64,000 nt of DNA from Octopus vulgaris (GCA_951406725.2 OX597815.1:15066001-15130000); one strand, 5' to 3'; positions 27,780 through 42,427 are shown, counted from the stretch's first letter. Numbers and translations: made by a program. Notes: generated by a model from the letters alone, not told the origin.

Positions 27780-28900
27780 ATGGTTTTCAGATTCTTATTT
27801 GGGCATTTCATACTAAAGGCTTCCCTAAGCATTTTTTAGTGTCTCATTGAATGTTCACTGGTCACAGTACAGCCACGTTCCAGAGAATCAAGGAGAACGA
27901 GGTTATAGTCATACCCCAAAACAGTCACCATGACTTTCTGTACCTATTACTGGCTGTTGAGCTTCTTAGTTCCTGGAGAAGATGTGTGACACCATTCTAT
28001 GGATTGAACCATAGTTTCCCAATCATACGACCACGTTTATCGTCTGTCAACAGTTCGGAAAAAGCATGTCTTCATCGGCTTCAAACGTTTCTTATTTCTT
28101 TATTGCTGACAAGGGGACAAACATGGACGGACAAACGGATTAAGTCGAATACATCGATACCCAGTGCGTAACTGGTACTTATTTAATCGACCTCGAAAGG
28201 ATGAAAGGCAAAGTCGACCTCGGCGGAATTTGAACTCAGAACGTAATGGCAGACGAAATACCTGTTTCTTTATTACCCACAAGGGGCTAAACACAAAGAG
28301 GACAAACGGATCAAGTCGATTATATCGACCCCATTGCGTAACTGGTACTTATTTAATCGACTCCGAAAGGATGAAAGGCAAAGTCGACCTGGGTAGAATT
28401 TGAACTCAGAACGTAGCGGCAGACGAAATACCACTAAACATTTCATCCGGCGTGCTAACGGTTCTGCCAGCTCGCCGCCATCTTCAAACGATTCTACCAG
28501 ATCAAATCAGAGTTCTACTCTTCGTTTCTTCAAATCGGGCGCCAACTACCGAGGTACTCATTTTGCACACACTTTCCGATACCCAAAGTCCACCACTGTC
28601 TTCTGTAATGTACTGTGACCATAGTTCAGCTGTGCAGCAAAGACACGGATTGGTATTCATCAATTCAAGTGAATCAATTTATGCACCTGTTGGCGACTCG
28701 TTTCAGCTGTCGCAGTTCATGGTCTCCCTCTGCACAGTTTATCTTCAATGCCAGTTTCTTCTTCCTTAAGCTTCATCTGTCTTTGTGAATTGCTCTTGTC
28801 AATGGTATCATCTCCAAACACAACAACTTGTTGACTTCTGTGGATATAGGACGGCCTGCGTTCCCTTTCGTCAAAAAAAAAAAAAAGAAAATCACTGAAC
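27780..28900 (-). mobile_element. Highly decayed mariner transposase remnant, split by a SINE dimer
   Basis: (-) frame remnants: GYRKVC...VPR.L, TW.YDWET..QSIEW..SPGTKK, KVMVTV and LERGCTVTSEH. Confidence 0.65.
28093..28479 (-). mobile_element. SINE dimer (one head, two bodies) with TSD
   Basis: Flanked by cttcaaacgtttct (28079-28092) and cttcaaacgattct (28482-28495). The internal junction is gaaatac|ctgtttc. Confidence 0.88.
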
Positions 28901-28990
28901 GCATGCTGAATCTAACTTAAAACCGTTTTATCTAGAGTGACGAACAGGAAGAAGAGTTTGTTACCCTATATCCTTAAGCAATTTGAAAGA

Positions 28991-29060
<70 letters not shown>

Positions 29061-29077
29061 TCTTCCAAATTGCTTAA

Positions 29078-29119
<42 letters not shown>

Positions 29120-29377
29120 CGACCTCGAACCCACAAGTGTAAACAAGAGAGAGACAGAGACAGGCAGAAACAAGGAAAATGCCACTTGTATTTGAATACT
29201 ATACAAATATTCTTTTTAAAAAAAAACTTTTCTTTTAATTTTTCTAAATTTAATTAGTTAATTGTTACAGTTGAAAAAATCTCAATGACTGAAACCGGTA
29301 CTGAAATGTTTTTTATAAAATTATTTTAGCATTTTCTATCTTGACCTTTTTTCCGTATATATATATATATATATATA

Positions 29378-29493
<116 letters not shown>

Positions 29494-29816
29494 ATATATG
29501 GGTGAGAGAGTTGGTATGTGAAAGCACGTGGTTGGATGTATAAAAATTTTTAAAAAGTGAAAAAACTACAGAAGGCTTGTGTTATAACGTTAAAGAATAT
29601 ATTTAAATTGTTATGTTAAAAACATGTAATAAAAATTTGTGTATAGAAACATAGTTTTGGGAGGAATAACCGGTTTCGTATTTTCTTTTCAAATTTCTCA
29701 AATTTCTTTACCTACATCGTGTCTTGTCTTCGCTATGTTGTGAAATATTTAATTTTTTTTTACTTTTTACTTTATAACACAAACCTTCTGTAGTTTTTTC
29801 ACTCTTTTCTTATTTC

Positions 29817-29847
<31 letters not shown>

Positions 29848-30090
29848 TGTATGTATGTATGTATGTATGTATGTATGTATGTATGTATGTATGTATATAT
29901 ATATAAGTTCAGCAAAATTTAGATTCAGATGAATACGGTACTTGAGTCAAAGGCACCAGAATTTTGTATAAGTGGCTGAAGATTGCTCGACATTTTAAAA
30001 CTGATGTAATACTTACAGTGTTTAATAAAATGAAGTAGCATGAAACAATTGTACTACACTACCACGGATATACTTGTTGCTTGTTTTGAT

Positions 30091-30122
<32 letters not shown>

Positions 30123-30185
30123 CGTAATCAAAATAAGCAACAAGTATATCCGAGGTAGAGTAGTACAATTGTTTCATGCTACTTC

Positions 30186-30234
<49 letters not shown>

Positions 30235-30260
30235 CATACATACATACATACATACATACA

Positions 30261-30292
<32 letters not shown>

Positions 30293-30411
30293 AAGGGTAA
30301 AGATTCCCTTCGGTCATGAATGACGTTGGGATTGCACCTAGAAAGATACCCTCCGGGGCACGAGTCCGGGCAAAAGGATGTGAGGAGTTTTCGTTAGGAT
30401 GACTCAAACTA

Positions 30412-30532
<121 letters not shown>

Positions 30533-30533
30533 C

Positions 30534-30633
<100 letters not shown>

Positions 30634-31167
30634 GGATAGATAGATAGATAGATGGATAGATGGATGATTGTATGTATATTGTTCACATATGCATATATAC
30701 ATATATACATATATATGATATATATTTATGTATGTGCGTGCGTGCGCGCGTATGTTTGTGTGTGTATGTGTGTGTGTATGTGTGTGTATGTGTGTGTGTG
30801 TGTATACCACTGACAGTTTCGTCTCAGTGAAACTGCTAATCGTAATAACGGTGCTGTTATCACCAACACACCAACTAATGCGCCACGATTTGTAATATCT
30901 AAATATATACAAAACAGCTGCATCGCTGCCATCATCATCATCATCATCATCATCATCATGAACGGATGCAGTAATAACAGCAACAGCACCAAATCCACCA
31001 TCGTCGCCACCAACAACCACAGCTGCAATAACAGCAGTAAGACTACCATCGTTACCATTACCACCAACGCCACCACTTCAACATAAGCAACCACTACCAA
31101 TACGCAGCATCTATTGCACCATCAGCATCGTCATTACCACCACAACCTTCATCAGCGACATCAATAC

Positions 31168-31943
31168 CTATTTCCTTACTACCCACAAGGGGCTAAACAT
31201 AGAGAGGACAAACAAGGACAGACAAACGGATTAAGTCGATTACATCGACCCCAGCGCGTAACTGGTACTTAATTTATCGACCCCGAAAGGATGAAAGGCA
31301 AAGTCGACCTCGGCGGAATTTGAACTCAGAACGTAACGGCAGACGAAATACCTATTTCTTTACTACGCTCCAATGGGCAAACACAGAGAGGACAAACAAA
31401 GATAGACAAAAGGATTAAGTCGATTATACCGACCCCAGTGTGTAATTGGTACTTATTTAATCGACCCCGAAAGGCAAAGTCGACCTCGGCAGAATTTGAA
31501 CCCAGAACGTAGCGGCAGACGAAATACCTATTTCTTTACTACCCATAAGGGGCTAAACACAGAGAGGACAAACAAAGATAGACAAAAGGATTAAGTCTAT
31601 TATATCGACCCCAGTGTTTCACTGGTACTTAATTTAATAGACCCCGGAAGGATGAAAAGCAAAGTCGACCTCGGCGGAATTTAAACTCAGAACGTAATGA
31701 CGGACGAAATACCTTTTTCTTTACTAACCACAAGGAGCTAAACAGAGAGGACAAACAAGGATAGACAAACGAATTAAGTCGATTACATCGACCCCAGTGC
31801 GTAACTGGTACTTATTTAATCGACCCCGAAAGGATGAAAGGTAAAGTCGACCTCGGCGGAATTTGAACTCAGAACGTAACGGCAGACGAAATACTGAAAG
31901 CATATCGCCCGGCGTGCTAACGTTTCTGCCAGCTCGCCGCCTT
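31168..31943 (-). mobile_element. SINE tetramer with TSD
   Basis: Four bodies and one head. Flanks are agcgacatcaatacc (31154-31168) and agcgtcagcaatacc (31946-31960). Confidence 0.9.
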
Positions 31944-32579
31944 AGAGCGTCAGCAATACCATCAACACTACCACTCCCTCCAGCACCGCTATGACCTCCA
32001 GCAGCACCACCACTAACCACCACCACCACCACCGCCCCCGCCGCCACCGCTGCCGCCACCGCTGCCGCCACCACTACCACCGCCACCACCACCAACCTCA
32101 TCATCACCACCTTCATAAAGAGCAGCAAAAGCAACAACAACACTATCTTTGTTTACACTTCTGGAAAAAAGAAATTGAACCCCCACAATGAGGGAGACCC
32201 CCACAACAGAGCAGGGAAAACAATAAACAGTATTGATAAGATAAGGCTAATCTCAGCAATGATGAGAAGGGGTGGGGGTGAATGTCGGATGATACTGGCT
32301 CTGAGCAATTCAAAATCCCTATTGAACAGCCAGTATAGATCCTGGTCTCTCTTCTAAGTTATGATGTCATTCAGTGTTTATTCATGGAATAGCTTCATAT
32401 CTCTCAATATACCTTTTGTCTAACAGTACTGGTTAACAGGATACGTTTCTGACGAGGTCTAATAAAGTTGGAACATGTTCAGTTTTACCAACTGTACTGT
32501 CAAGATCAAATTCACTTTCAGCAAACTGTTCACATTATACGCTTAACTACTTTTAATTCATTAATGTTTTTTGAAAATT

Positions 32580-32945
32580 AAAGGTGGAGAGGTGGCAAAA
32601 TGGTTAGCACACCGGGTAAAATGCTTCTCGGCATTTCATCCGTCTTTACGTTCTGAGTTCAAATTCCGCCGAGGTTGACTTTGTTTTTCATCCTTTCTGG
32701 GTCGATAAAATGAGTACCAGTTGAACAACAGGGTCAATGTAATCGATTTATCCCCTTTCCCGAAATTGCTGGCCTCGTGCCAAAATTTGAAACCAATTAA
32801 TTAATATTTCGAGAATTAAAGACGGTGAGTTGGCAGAATCGCTTTCACTCAATTTGTCTATCTTCATCTTCTGAGTTCAAATTCCGTCGAGGTCGACTTT
32901 GTTTACACGAAAATTGTTGGTCTTGTGCCCAAATCCGAAACCAGT
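32580..32945 (+). mobile_element. Two adjacent tail-A SINE copies (second internally deleted)
   Basis: Heads at 32580 and 32818, B-box gagttcaaattcc, tails gccaaaatttgaaacc / gcccaaatccgaaacc. Confidence 0.8.
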
Positions 32946-33331
32946 ACTCCGAGAATTAATTATCAAGCTAACGATTTTCTTTCTTCACAGTAGAAGTAGT
33001 TTTATTAATTAAAATCTATTAGCTCACTACCAACCTTATTTGAATCTTATATGGAACGGGTCCCTTAATGTTTTCCTCGCAATCCTTCTTGTAAAGAACA
33101 GCTTTGTAATGAAATGAAAACAAAAACGGAATGGTTGTGGTATTGGTAAACTACTTAACTTGTCAGAGAGAATCATCTTGAATATTGATGAGGAGAGCCA
33201 TCTTAGATGTGAGAGACGGAAAAGTGGAAAACGCTGACAGCAATGAGGCTGACTAGCTCCAGTTAATTAATCATCGTGTATTGCAAACTATATATATATA
33301 GGCTGTATATATTCATGTGTGTATGTGAATG

Positions 33332-33371
<40 letters not shown>

Positions 33372-33424
33372 TGTGTGTGTGTGTATAGATAAATATATAT
33401 ACATATATGTACACAAACATACAT

Positions 33425-33457
<33 letters not shown>

Positions 33458-33585
33458 AACTTATTTATATATATGTATGTATGCTTGTATGTATGTATAT
33501 GTATATATATATACATATATATACACAAACATACACACACACATATATATATATATACTTATTTATATATATGTATGTATGCTTG

Positions 33586-33687
<102 letters not shown>

Positions 33688-34214
33688 TACATATAGATAG
33701 ATAGATAGGTAGATAGATAGACAGACAGACATAGAGATAGAAAAACAGGTAGAGAGACAAACAGACATAAAAATACAACCTTGCTAACTTAATCCTATTG
33801 AAATCTCCCCAGTCATGTCACGAAGACCTTGTTTCATTGACAATGATGTGTTTACGATATTACAGTACTTTAATAACAGGTCCTTGATACAAAATCCTGT
33901 ATAATTCATTAGACTTAAGCAATCGATAATGAAAAAAAGCTGGACAAACGAGTTGCGCAGAAAGTCTGAGATATTAATTAGACGCGCTATTAACAGTTGA
34001 TGTTCTAAACTGGCTTCAAGAACGTTCTTGGCATAAAAAGAGGCAGAGGAAGGACATCAAAAATACTGAAATAGATTATTGATTCATCGAAAGGAAGAAT
34101 CATTAATTAGGACACTCAACCTAAAACAATATAAGAGGAAACAGTCGCTCAACTTGCATGAAATAACAGACAAATTTTCCCTCGAATCGCATTTTATCTT
34201 CTTGAATAATTCTT

Positions 34215-34415
34215 TGTAATTTTGGCACGAGGAAACCAATTTTTCAGTGGGAGGCAGCAAGTTGATAACATCGACCCCAGTGCTTGACTGGTACTTTATT
34301 TTATCTACTTCAAAAAGGATGTAAAGCGAAGTTGACCTCGGTGGTATTTGAAACCAGAACACATAGAATCAGAAGAAATATCGCTAAGCATTTAACGATT
34401 CTGCCAGCTTGTGCT
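34215..34415 (-). mobile_element. Older tail-A SINE copy
   Basis: Diverged match to the family core (catcgaccccagtgcttgactggtac...gacctcggtggtatttgaa). Confidence 0.7.
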
Positions 34416-34444
34416 TCTTTAACTTTTTAAATAATGAAGGAAAC

Positions 34445-35070
34445 ATTTTTTTTTCTGCCTTTAACCCTCCGACGCCGAGTATAGGCCACTAATAATTGAA
34501 TTCCATGTCGCATAATTTTTCGCTTCTGTACTTATACTCTACCATAAATGTCCCCCTTTCTCTAGTTCCTTTTGTGCTGATCTACGCCACTAGTTCTTAG
34601 GCCTGTCTTTATTTCTATATCCATCCGGTTTCCACTCTAAAGCCCTTTTCGCTACATTCGGTGTTTCTTTTCTAATTGTGCTACCAATCCACTTCCACTT
34701 TTTCTTAAATATTTGCTCCCTAATCGAAACTTGATTTGTTCTTTGCCATAGCTCTATATTGCTTATGTGTTCGGTTCATCTAATTTTAAGTATACTACGC
34801 AAGCATCCGTTGATGAATGATTGTATTTGCTTATTTGACTTAACTGTTGTTCGGCATGTCTCAGCTCCATACAATAACACCGCTTTTACGTGAGTGCTAA
34901 AAATTCTTATTTTGTTCTTTATTGAAATTACACTTGTTCTCCATACTTTTTTTAACAGGTGAAAAGCAGTCCTTGCCTTACTTATTCTCATCTTAATATC
35001 TTCGTCGGTTCCGTCTGAAAACGTTATCTTACTACCTAAATACATAAACTCGGTTACATCCTCAAGAAGG
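34445..35070 (-). mobile_element. RTE-clade LINE 3' fragment
   Basis: YLGSKI...DIKMRISKARTAF..LKKVW...KIRIF...VKAVLLYGAET...FINGCLRSILKI, continuing to ELWQRTNQ...KWKWIG. Confidence 0.85.
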
Positions 35071-35099
35071 AAACATTAGCTAATGAAATCCACAATATC

Positions 35100-35900
35100 G
35101 TCGTCATTGTTGTCGGCTGAGTCTTGCTACAATAATGTGTCCATATTTCACAACCGTATAATTTTGAGATGGCATCTATTTGATAAACCACATGTTTTGT
35201 TTTTTAGGATAAGTTTTTCGTTCTTAAGGACTCGGTTTACCAAGTCCCAGGAAACTGAATGGGCTGATCCAATTTTATGTTCCATAACATTTTCAGATGT
35301 ATGCTTGTTGAAAAGAAAACTTCCAAAATAGAGAAAGTGATCACCCTGCCCGAGATATGTATCAGGGATTTGTCCGGAAGCAGATTCGGCCAAGACTTTG
35401 GTTTCTTTTATAATCAATAAGAAGCCAAAGCGATTATTTGCATTGGTAAAGTTGTTGACTGATTGCTGGAGCTCCTAACATATGTAATATATAAATCAGT
35501 GTTACCATCTGCATATTGAAACTGTGAGATGTGTCGGATGATGGTAGGTCAATAAGATAAAATTTTGGCAATGATAAATACTCCACCATCGAAACGGAAT
35601 CCGATGTCAACACATGGATTGTACGAACGAAATTTCGAAAAGCAATACAGACAAATATAAAGGGAAGAATTTAGGTGCAAGTATTCAACTCTGTTTCAGT
35701 TTTCATGATATCAAGAACAGTTCAGAAAGTTTGTTTGAAATGAAAAACACAACCTGTGTACTGTCATGCAATGCTTCAACAAATGAGATGAAGTGAACAC
35801 AAGCGCTGAAGAACTACTAACATAGCATTTCTTGGTGCATTATCGAAGGACTTTTCTTAGTCGGATAAGGCAAGGACAAGTGGTTTCTGCTTTTTCATGT
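35100..35900 (-). mobile_element. Very decayed RTE/BovB-like RT remnant
   Basis: ETKVLA...DHFLYFGSFL...MEHKIGSAHSVSWDLVNRVLKN resembles the F.YLGS...RI..A...F..L..RV block. Boundaries are approximate. Confidence 0.5.
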
Positions 35901-36084
35901 AATTGTTTTGCAAAGAAAAATCATATTACTTGTTCTATGAGTGGCACGAAAAATGCAATGAGATTAGGGAATAACTTCCTCTACGAAGATTTAAGATGGT
36001 TTTAAAAGATTTATGCAAATAATTTTCCGGCTATGAAGAGCATATATGTGTGTAGGTGTGTGTGTGTATGTTCTGTTTTCAATA

Positions 36085-36124
<40 letters not shown>

Positions 36125-37270
36125 TATTGAAAAACAGAACAAACAAAGCTAGATCATCTTTGATCATAGGTTTACTGTCCAGAACTCATCTTGGGTTAAA
36201 CAATATCATGAAGCGAAAAAGACAGTCTACCATTATTCCAGTCGAAGCAGTAAATTCGAAGCAAGGAGAGAGAGAGATATTAAAAATAACGTATTGGATT
36301 GGAAACCTTCCCAAAGACTGGGAGAGCAAAAGTGGAACGTCAAACACGTGGCTGTCACAGTGAAAGGCACACCTCACCAAATAATAGAATTAGTTAAACC
36401 CATTGTGACGATTCGGGACATAGGTCTTACACTACAAACTTGTAAATCAAATAAACTGCACGCATTCGTGATAAGAACTTAACACAGGTCATGAACAAGG
36501 GAAGGGACAGACCTATCCTAGAAAAAGTTAAGATCTTTAGTGCAGAATAGATATTGGGTCAATAAAATCTGCGATGCGTTGGACACGACCAAATAACAGA
36601 AGGAATTCTGTTGTCAAGACTGTCTACACACGGATGTTCAGTGGATCATAAGAGCAAACTCAATAACCTAGCTAAACCCGCCTTAGTGCGGGTATCGATT
36701 AGACATTGACATGCGGTCTACAACGGGGACTCGAGGAGGTGATAGATTTAGACATACGAGATCACAAACAGACCACCCACCGAAGGACTGCGTATTGTGA
36801 TATATCTATCTATATCCTTATAAAAATCAAAGTTCGTTTGTTGACCGCTGAAAACACTAAATAAAATTGATGATATTTCAGGTTTTTCGAATCATTTAAA
36901 TTTCTTTGACCATTCCGCAGATAACTGAACTAATTTCCCGAAAACGGAATGGGGAAGTGGGGTATGGTGGTGTATTGGCTCCTATTTCTAGCAATCCACG
37001 TATCGTCTATTTCACCGTAATGCTTTTTACAAAGTGAAAAAATTCTCCACTTACCCACCTCCAATTTTCTCTAAGTTTACTTTGAAGTCGCCGGCAGTCC
37101 TCTGCTCTCTCTCTCTCTCTATCTATATGTCTCTCTCTATCTATATGTCTCTGTCTATGTCTCTATCTCTGTTACTGTCTTCTTCTTCTTCTTCTTCTTC
37201 TTCTTCTTCTTCTTCTTCTTCTTCTTCTTCTTCTTCTTCTTCTTCTTCTTCTTCTTCTTCTTCTTCTTCT

Positions 37271-37311
<41 letters not shown>

Positions 37312-37741
37312 TGTATATGCGTTTATCTCCTACTACCTCTTCCTCATTTTCTCTCTAGAGAAAAAAGATGTGAGGGAGAGAGAAAGGGAGTTACGGAGAA
37401 AAAACAAGTGAGGTGCCGGATCTCTGCTTTCTCTCTGTCTATATGGCTCTATCTCTCACTCTCTCACCCTCACACACACACACTCTCTCTCTCTCTCAGG
37501 TTGTATATATGTCACTCTCTCTCCCTCACTACCTCTACCTCTCTTTCATCCAAGAGAAAAAATACGCGATACAGATAGAAAGGGGTTTAGGGAGAAAAAC
37601 GAGTGAGACAGCTGTAATTCCCTTTACATTATATTATGGAATATTGAAATAACTTTTAACAACTTTTATTGTAAGGAAAAATGGCATTACCATAGATGCC
37701 AATATGTGCCTTATGAATACATTTGAGCAGCGTACAAACCG

Positions 37742-37753
37742 TACATACATACA

Positions 37754-37787
<34 letters not shown>

Positions 37788-38175
37788 CATATATATATAC
37801 ATACATACATACATGCATACATGCATACATACATACATACATGCATACATACATACATACATACATACATACATAAATACATACATACATACATACATGC
37901 ATACATACACAAATACATACATACATGCATACATACATGCATACATATATGCATACATACATACATACATGCATGCATACATACATACATGCATACATAC
38001 AAACATACATACATACATACATACAAACATACATACATGCATACACACACACATACACACACACATACATACACACATACATACATACACACATACATAC
38101 ATTCATGCATACATGCATACATACATACATACATACATACATACATACATACATACATACATACATACATACATA
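37742..38175. repeat. (CATA)n microsatellite field
   Basis: Read directly from the sequence. Confidence 0.97.
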
Positions 38176-38645
38176 ATATTTGTATTAAGGTGCAATGAAG
38201 AATGGAGAAGTACACATCTCTAATTTTGCGATCTTCACAGTGTCTTTGTAATATACTCTGGAATTTTATACCAAATTTTATACCACATTATCCGATTGTT
38301 GAAAATACATAATCTCTGCCCATCATCCACACGTATCTGTCAGCTCTATACATGACAAACAACAAGTTATTAAATTTATTATGAAAGAAACGTAAAATGC
38401 AAGGATCTGCAAGCTCACAAATTTTTGCAGTCCTGAATGCTGAACATTACATCAAAAGAATTAGTTAATGGAACAATACCAAGAGAAACAACAGCCTGCG
38501 AAGTTAAACTGACATAATATAGTTGATTGAAATATATATTTTTTTACAGAAAATAATTTCTTTTGAAACAAAGACTTGCTTACCGAGATATAAAATTCAA
38601 TGAGAGTAAATTGGGTGAATTTATACAAGTGTTTCTTACTAAAAC

Positions 38646-39030
38646 TAAGGAGCACTCCGTCGGTTGCGACGATGAGGGTTCCAGCTGATACGATCAACGG
38701 AACAGCTTGCTCGTGATATTAACGTGCAAGTGGCTGAGCACTCCACAGACACGTGTACCCTTTACATAGTTCTCGGGGAGATTCGGCGTGACAGAAAGTG
38801 TGACAAGGCTGGCCCTTTGAATTACAGGTACAAGAGAAACAGGAAGAAAGAGCGAGAGAAAGTTGTGGTGAAAGAGTACAGCAGGGTTCACCACCACCCC
38901 CTGCCAGAGCCTCGTGGAGCTTTAGGTGTTTTCGCTCAATAAACTCTCACAATCCCCGGTCTGGGAATCGAAACCGCGATCCTCCGACCGCGAGTCCGCT
39001 GCCCTACCCACTGGGCCATTGCGCCTCCAC
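38646..39030 (-). mobile_element. Full-length tRNA-derived SINE (third family)
   Basis: (-) head tggaggcgcaatggcccagtgggtagggcagcggactcgcggtcggaggatcgcggtttcgattcccagacc, with A and B boxes. A partial 3' copy lies at ~24280-24350. Confidence 0.82.
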
Positions 39031-39749
39031 TTACTAAAACTATTGAACCAATACCAGAAATACTGTTGTTCTATAACGAATTATTTATTTAATTCTTGTT
39101 ATGTCGATAATACATTTTCTCAATATATCTAACTTGCTTACAGTTGCTTTTCTTTTCTAATCTACAAGCTGGGTTATAAGCATATTCTATTGAGATCCTA
39201 AAATGCTATATAAGGAAGTTATTTAAAATAGACATTGAACTCCACTTTCTACATGCAACCTCGGTGGCAAATTCCTTGGCTTTTGAGTTAATGGAATCTA
39301 GTGAACTAACTCTTTAAAAATTATTTGTTATATTGATTATAGTATAAAACCCATCACAAGTGCCTCTTAATTTCATGCAAAGCTTGAAATAAGCTTTGAA
39401 TTCTGAAAATTTTTTAAATCATTCTTTAAATTCGATTCAGTTTACCAGTCATTTTTTCATTTGTTTTCTAATTAAATTAGAAAATAGTGAATTGAATGGT
39501 TCTAAAATTCTTGGGCCTTAAAACCAAACTTGTGTGTGTAAATAAATGAGAATAATTTTTCATCGAAGAGGAACATTTCCCAACGAATTTTCTTTATAAA
39601 TTACCCGGTCCCTTAAACTGACTTTTCATATACTATTTCTTGTCAAGAAATCCGACAACATCTCTAGCTGGTTAACGATGCACAGCTACATACGATAAAA
39701 TTGAATTGCGAGCAGGGGAGCGAATCCCTATCATCTTCTAGCGACGGGA

Positions 39750-39800
39750 CCAGTAGACCAGTCCTCGTTTCGAGCTATTTCTGCCGCTCCTCAGTACTGG
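39750..39800 (-). ncRNA. Type I hammerhead ribozyme motif (degenerate stem II)
   Basis: (-): ccagta CTGAGGA gcggcagaaatagctc GAAA cgaggactg GTC tactgg, with a 6-bp stem I. Confidence 0.62.
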
Positions 39801-40200
39801 ACACCTCGTCTGCTAGAGATGATAGCAGCTCACTTCTGCACGTAATATATATATATATATATTCCAAGCGAACATAGTCACTGATTTTGCAACAAGCAAA
39901 AATGCTACTTCTAAAATCAAGAGATCAAAGCAGTAGTTGTACTGTGCAGCTGTGTATCGTTAACCAGCTAGAGACGATCTCCTCTTGGAGTTAAAAAATC
40001 GCTGTAGAGTCCGCTCGGACGGACAGCCATGGTAAAGTGGCTACGAATATTACTTGTCAGTACAACTACTGCGTTGATTTCTAAGAGAGATTTTAGAACT
40101 AGCATTTTTGCTTGTTGCAAGATCAGCGACTGTGTGTTCGCTTGAAATACATATATTGCGTACAGAAGCGAGCTGCTGTCATCTTGAGCGGACGAGGTGT

Positions 40201-40251
40201 CCAGTACTGAGGAGCGGTATAAATAACCCGAAACCGGGAATGGTCTACTGG
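40201..40251 (+). ncRNA. Type I hammerhead ribozyme motif
   Basis: ccagta CTGAGGA gcggt-ataaata-accc GAAA cc-gggaat-g GTC tactgg. It has an intact core, a 6-bp stem I, a short stem III and a GUC cleavage triplet. Confidence 0.72.
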
Positions 40252-40503
40252 TCCCGTCGCTAGAAGTTGGTAGGAGTTCACTCCCCTGCTCGCAATTTTA
40301 TCGGATGCAGCTGTCCATCGTTAACTAGCTAGAGGAGATGTCCTCTTGGCGTTGAAAAATCGCGGTAGGCATCGCTCGAACGGACAGCCATGTTAAAGTT
40401 TCATTATATATATAAAATAATATAAATTAATTAATCTTATGTATTGGCTTGAGTTTTTCATTGTATGATTTGCCTAATAGTGGTTTTATCTCTAATTTAA
40501 TAT

Positions 40504-40555
<52 letters not shown>

Positions 40556-40669
40556 ACGAGTTTCTCTATGTTTCCGTTTAGCAAGTCCACCCACAAGGTG
40601 TCACGCAGAGGGACTGAATCCAAAACCATGTGGCTGGTAAGCAAGCTACTTACCACACAGCCACACGCA

Positions 40670-40734
<65 letters not shown>

Positions 40735-40779
40735 CGCACGCGCATATATACATGAAGTTAAATATATTTTTGGTCAATG

Positions 40780-41104
40780 GTTTCACATCCATAAAGCGCT
40801 TAGCTTTATAGACGAATCTTCTGGCCGCGGGCATATAATCTGTCTTCAAACTGGAGGCAGAAAACTGTTACGGTCAGTTAATTTGCAAAAAACAAAAAAA
40901 ATTATATACATCCCTTACGAAATTAAATGGAGGATCATAGAACAGCTGGGGACCTATATAAGCAGGAGCGGACGATGCAAGTTTTGCATAGCAGAGAAGG
41001 CAAAGATCCTTAAAGAATTGCTGAACCAGGAATCTCTCTTAAACTCAAGACAAGAGATCTATAGTCCCTGCTCCCACTTCAAACGCTACCTGCTGCAGGC
41101 ATAG
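40780..41104 (+). mobile_element. Penelope-like GIY-YIG endonuclease C-terminal remnant
   Basis: YEIKWRII...Y...SGRCKFCIAEKAKIL...LLNSRQEIYSPCSHFKRYLL matches the W.I...C.LC..EK..I...LLN.R.E....C.H pattern at PLE ORF ends. Confidence 0.7.
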
Positions 41105-41139
41105 AATCTCCCGTTCGCCGGTCAGGACTGTAAAAAGTA

Positions 41140-41181
<42 letters not shown>

Positions 41182-41340
41182 TATATATTTCACTGAGCGT
41201 CAAACTAATATAATTCTTATGCACGTCCTCCCCTTCGTTTCTTTCTCTTTTAACATTTTATTCATTTTTTAAATTGTTTGTTCATTGAATTGACTATGCA
41301 TACATACATGCATACATACATACATACATACATACATACA

Positions 41341-41429
<89 letters not shown>

Positions 41430-41535
41430 ATAAAATAGTAAGACAACAAAAGAATGAAAGAGACTTCGATATTATGTAAATAGAGGAATTTATCTGTAAA
41501 TTTAATATGTGGCAATTGTCACATATTTCATTTAC

Positions 41536-41646
<111 letters not shown>

Positions 41647-42076
41647 AATATACATATATATATTTATATATATATTTATATATATGTACACACGCATACA
41701 CCGACGCATAGAAGGCATCCACATATCTATGCGCAGATATTATATATGAACAATAATTTGAGATATATAAAATATATATATGTATAGATTGTTATCTGAG
41801 ATGGCCGTACTGATGAAAAGATAACACACAATGCATTTGAAGCACGCATGTTTGCCGTGAAATGTAAAACTGCCGATACAGTTTCATGTGTATGAACAAT
41901 TTTTCAGGTGTGTGTGTGAGTGTGTGTGTGTGTGTGCGAGCATGGGCTAAAGTGTAATACATATATTGCAATTGTCTGTGAGTTACAACTTCGTTGGACG
42001 TGTGAGCTCAAAGTGGAGTCCAATGGTACACTGTATTGTTACATTTGAGAACGTCACGATGTGTGTGTGTGTGCGC

Positions 42077-42123
<47 letters not shown>

Positions 42124-42208
42124 ATCAGTTTCTGAAACATTTCGTTGCTTTCGACGCTGTGGTGACTGATTGTAGCTTGTGTGTGTGTTTTTGCGAATAT
42201 CTGTGTGT

Positions 42209-42258
<50 letters not shown>

Positions 42259-42427
42259 GTGTGTGAGTGTAACTCTAAAATTTATTGAGTTCGTTAAAAT
42301 ACAAACTTGATAAATAGATTTCGAATTATATACATGCATACATTCAAACTCTACTGCACGTATTGAGTACTATCCATCTTCGTTGACAAGCTAGTAGCAT
42401 TTGTATGCATGCATGTACGTATGTATG

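Larger units (their letters stand above)
39661..40400. mobile_element. Penelope-like element pseudo-LTR in inverted plus partial tandem arrangement
   Basis: 39661-39944 is an inverted copy of 40058-40334. 39945-40038 is a direct copy of ~40306-40399. Each long arm holds a hammerhead motif. Confidence 0.75.

Noticed and set aside
36127-36790. Short ORFs possibly from a LINE ORF1 or host exon
   Set aside because: They are fragmented and carry no motif I can recognise.
38950-39030. tRNA gene candidate
   Set aside because: The A/B boxes continue into a SINE body also seen at ~24280, so this is a SINE head rather than a tRNA.
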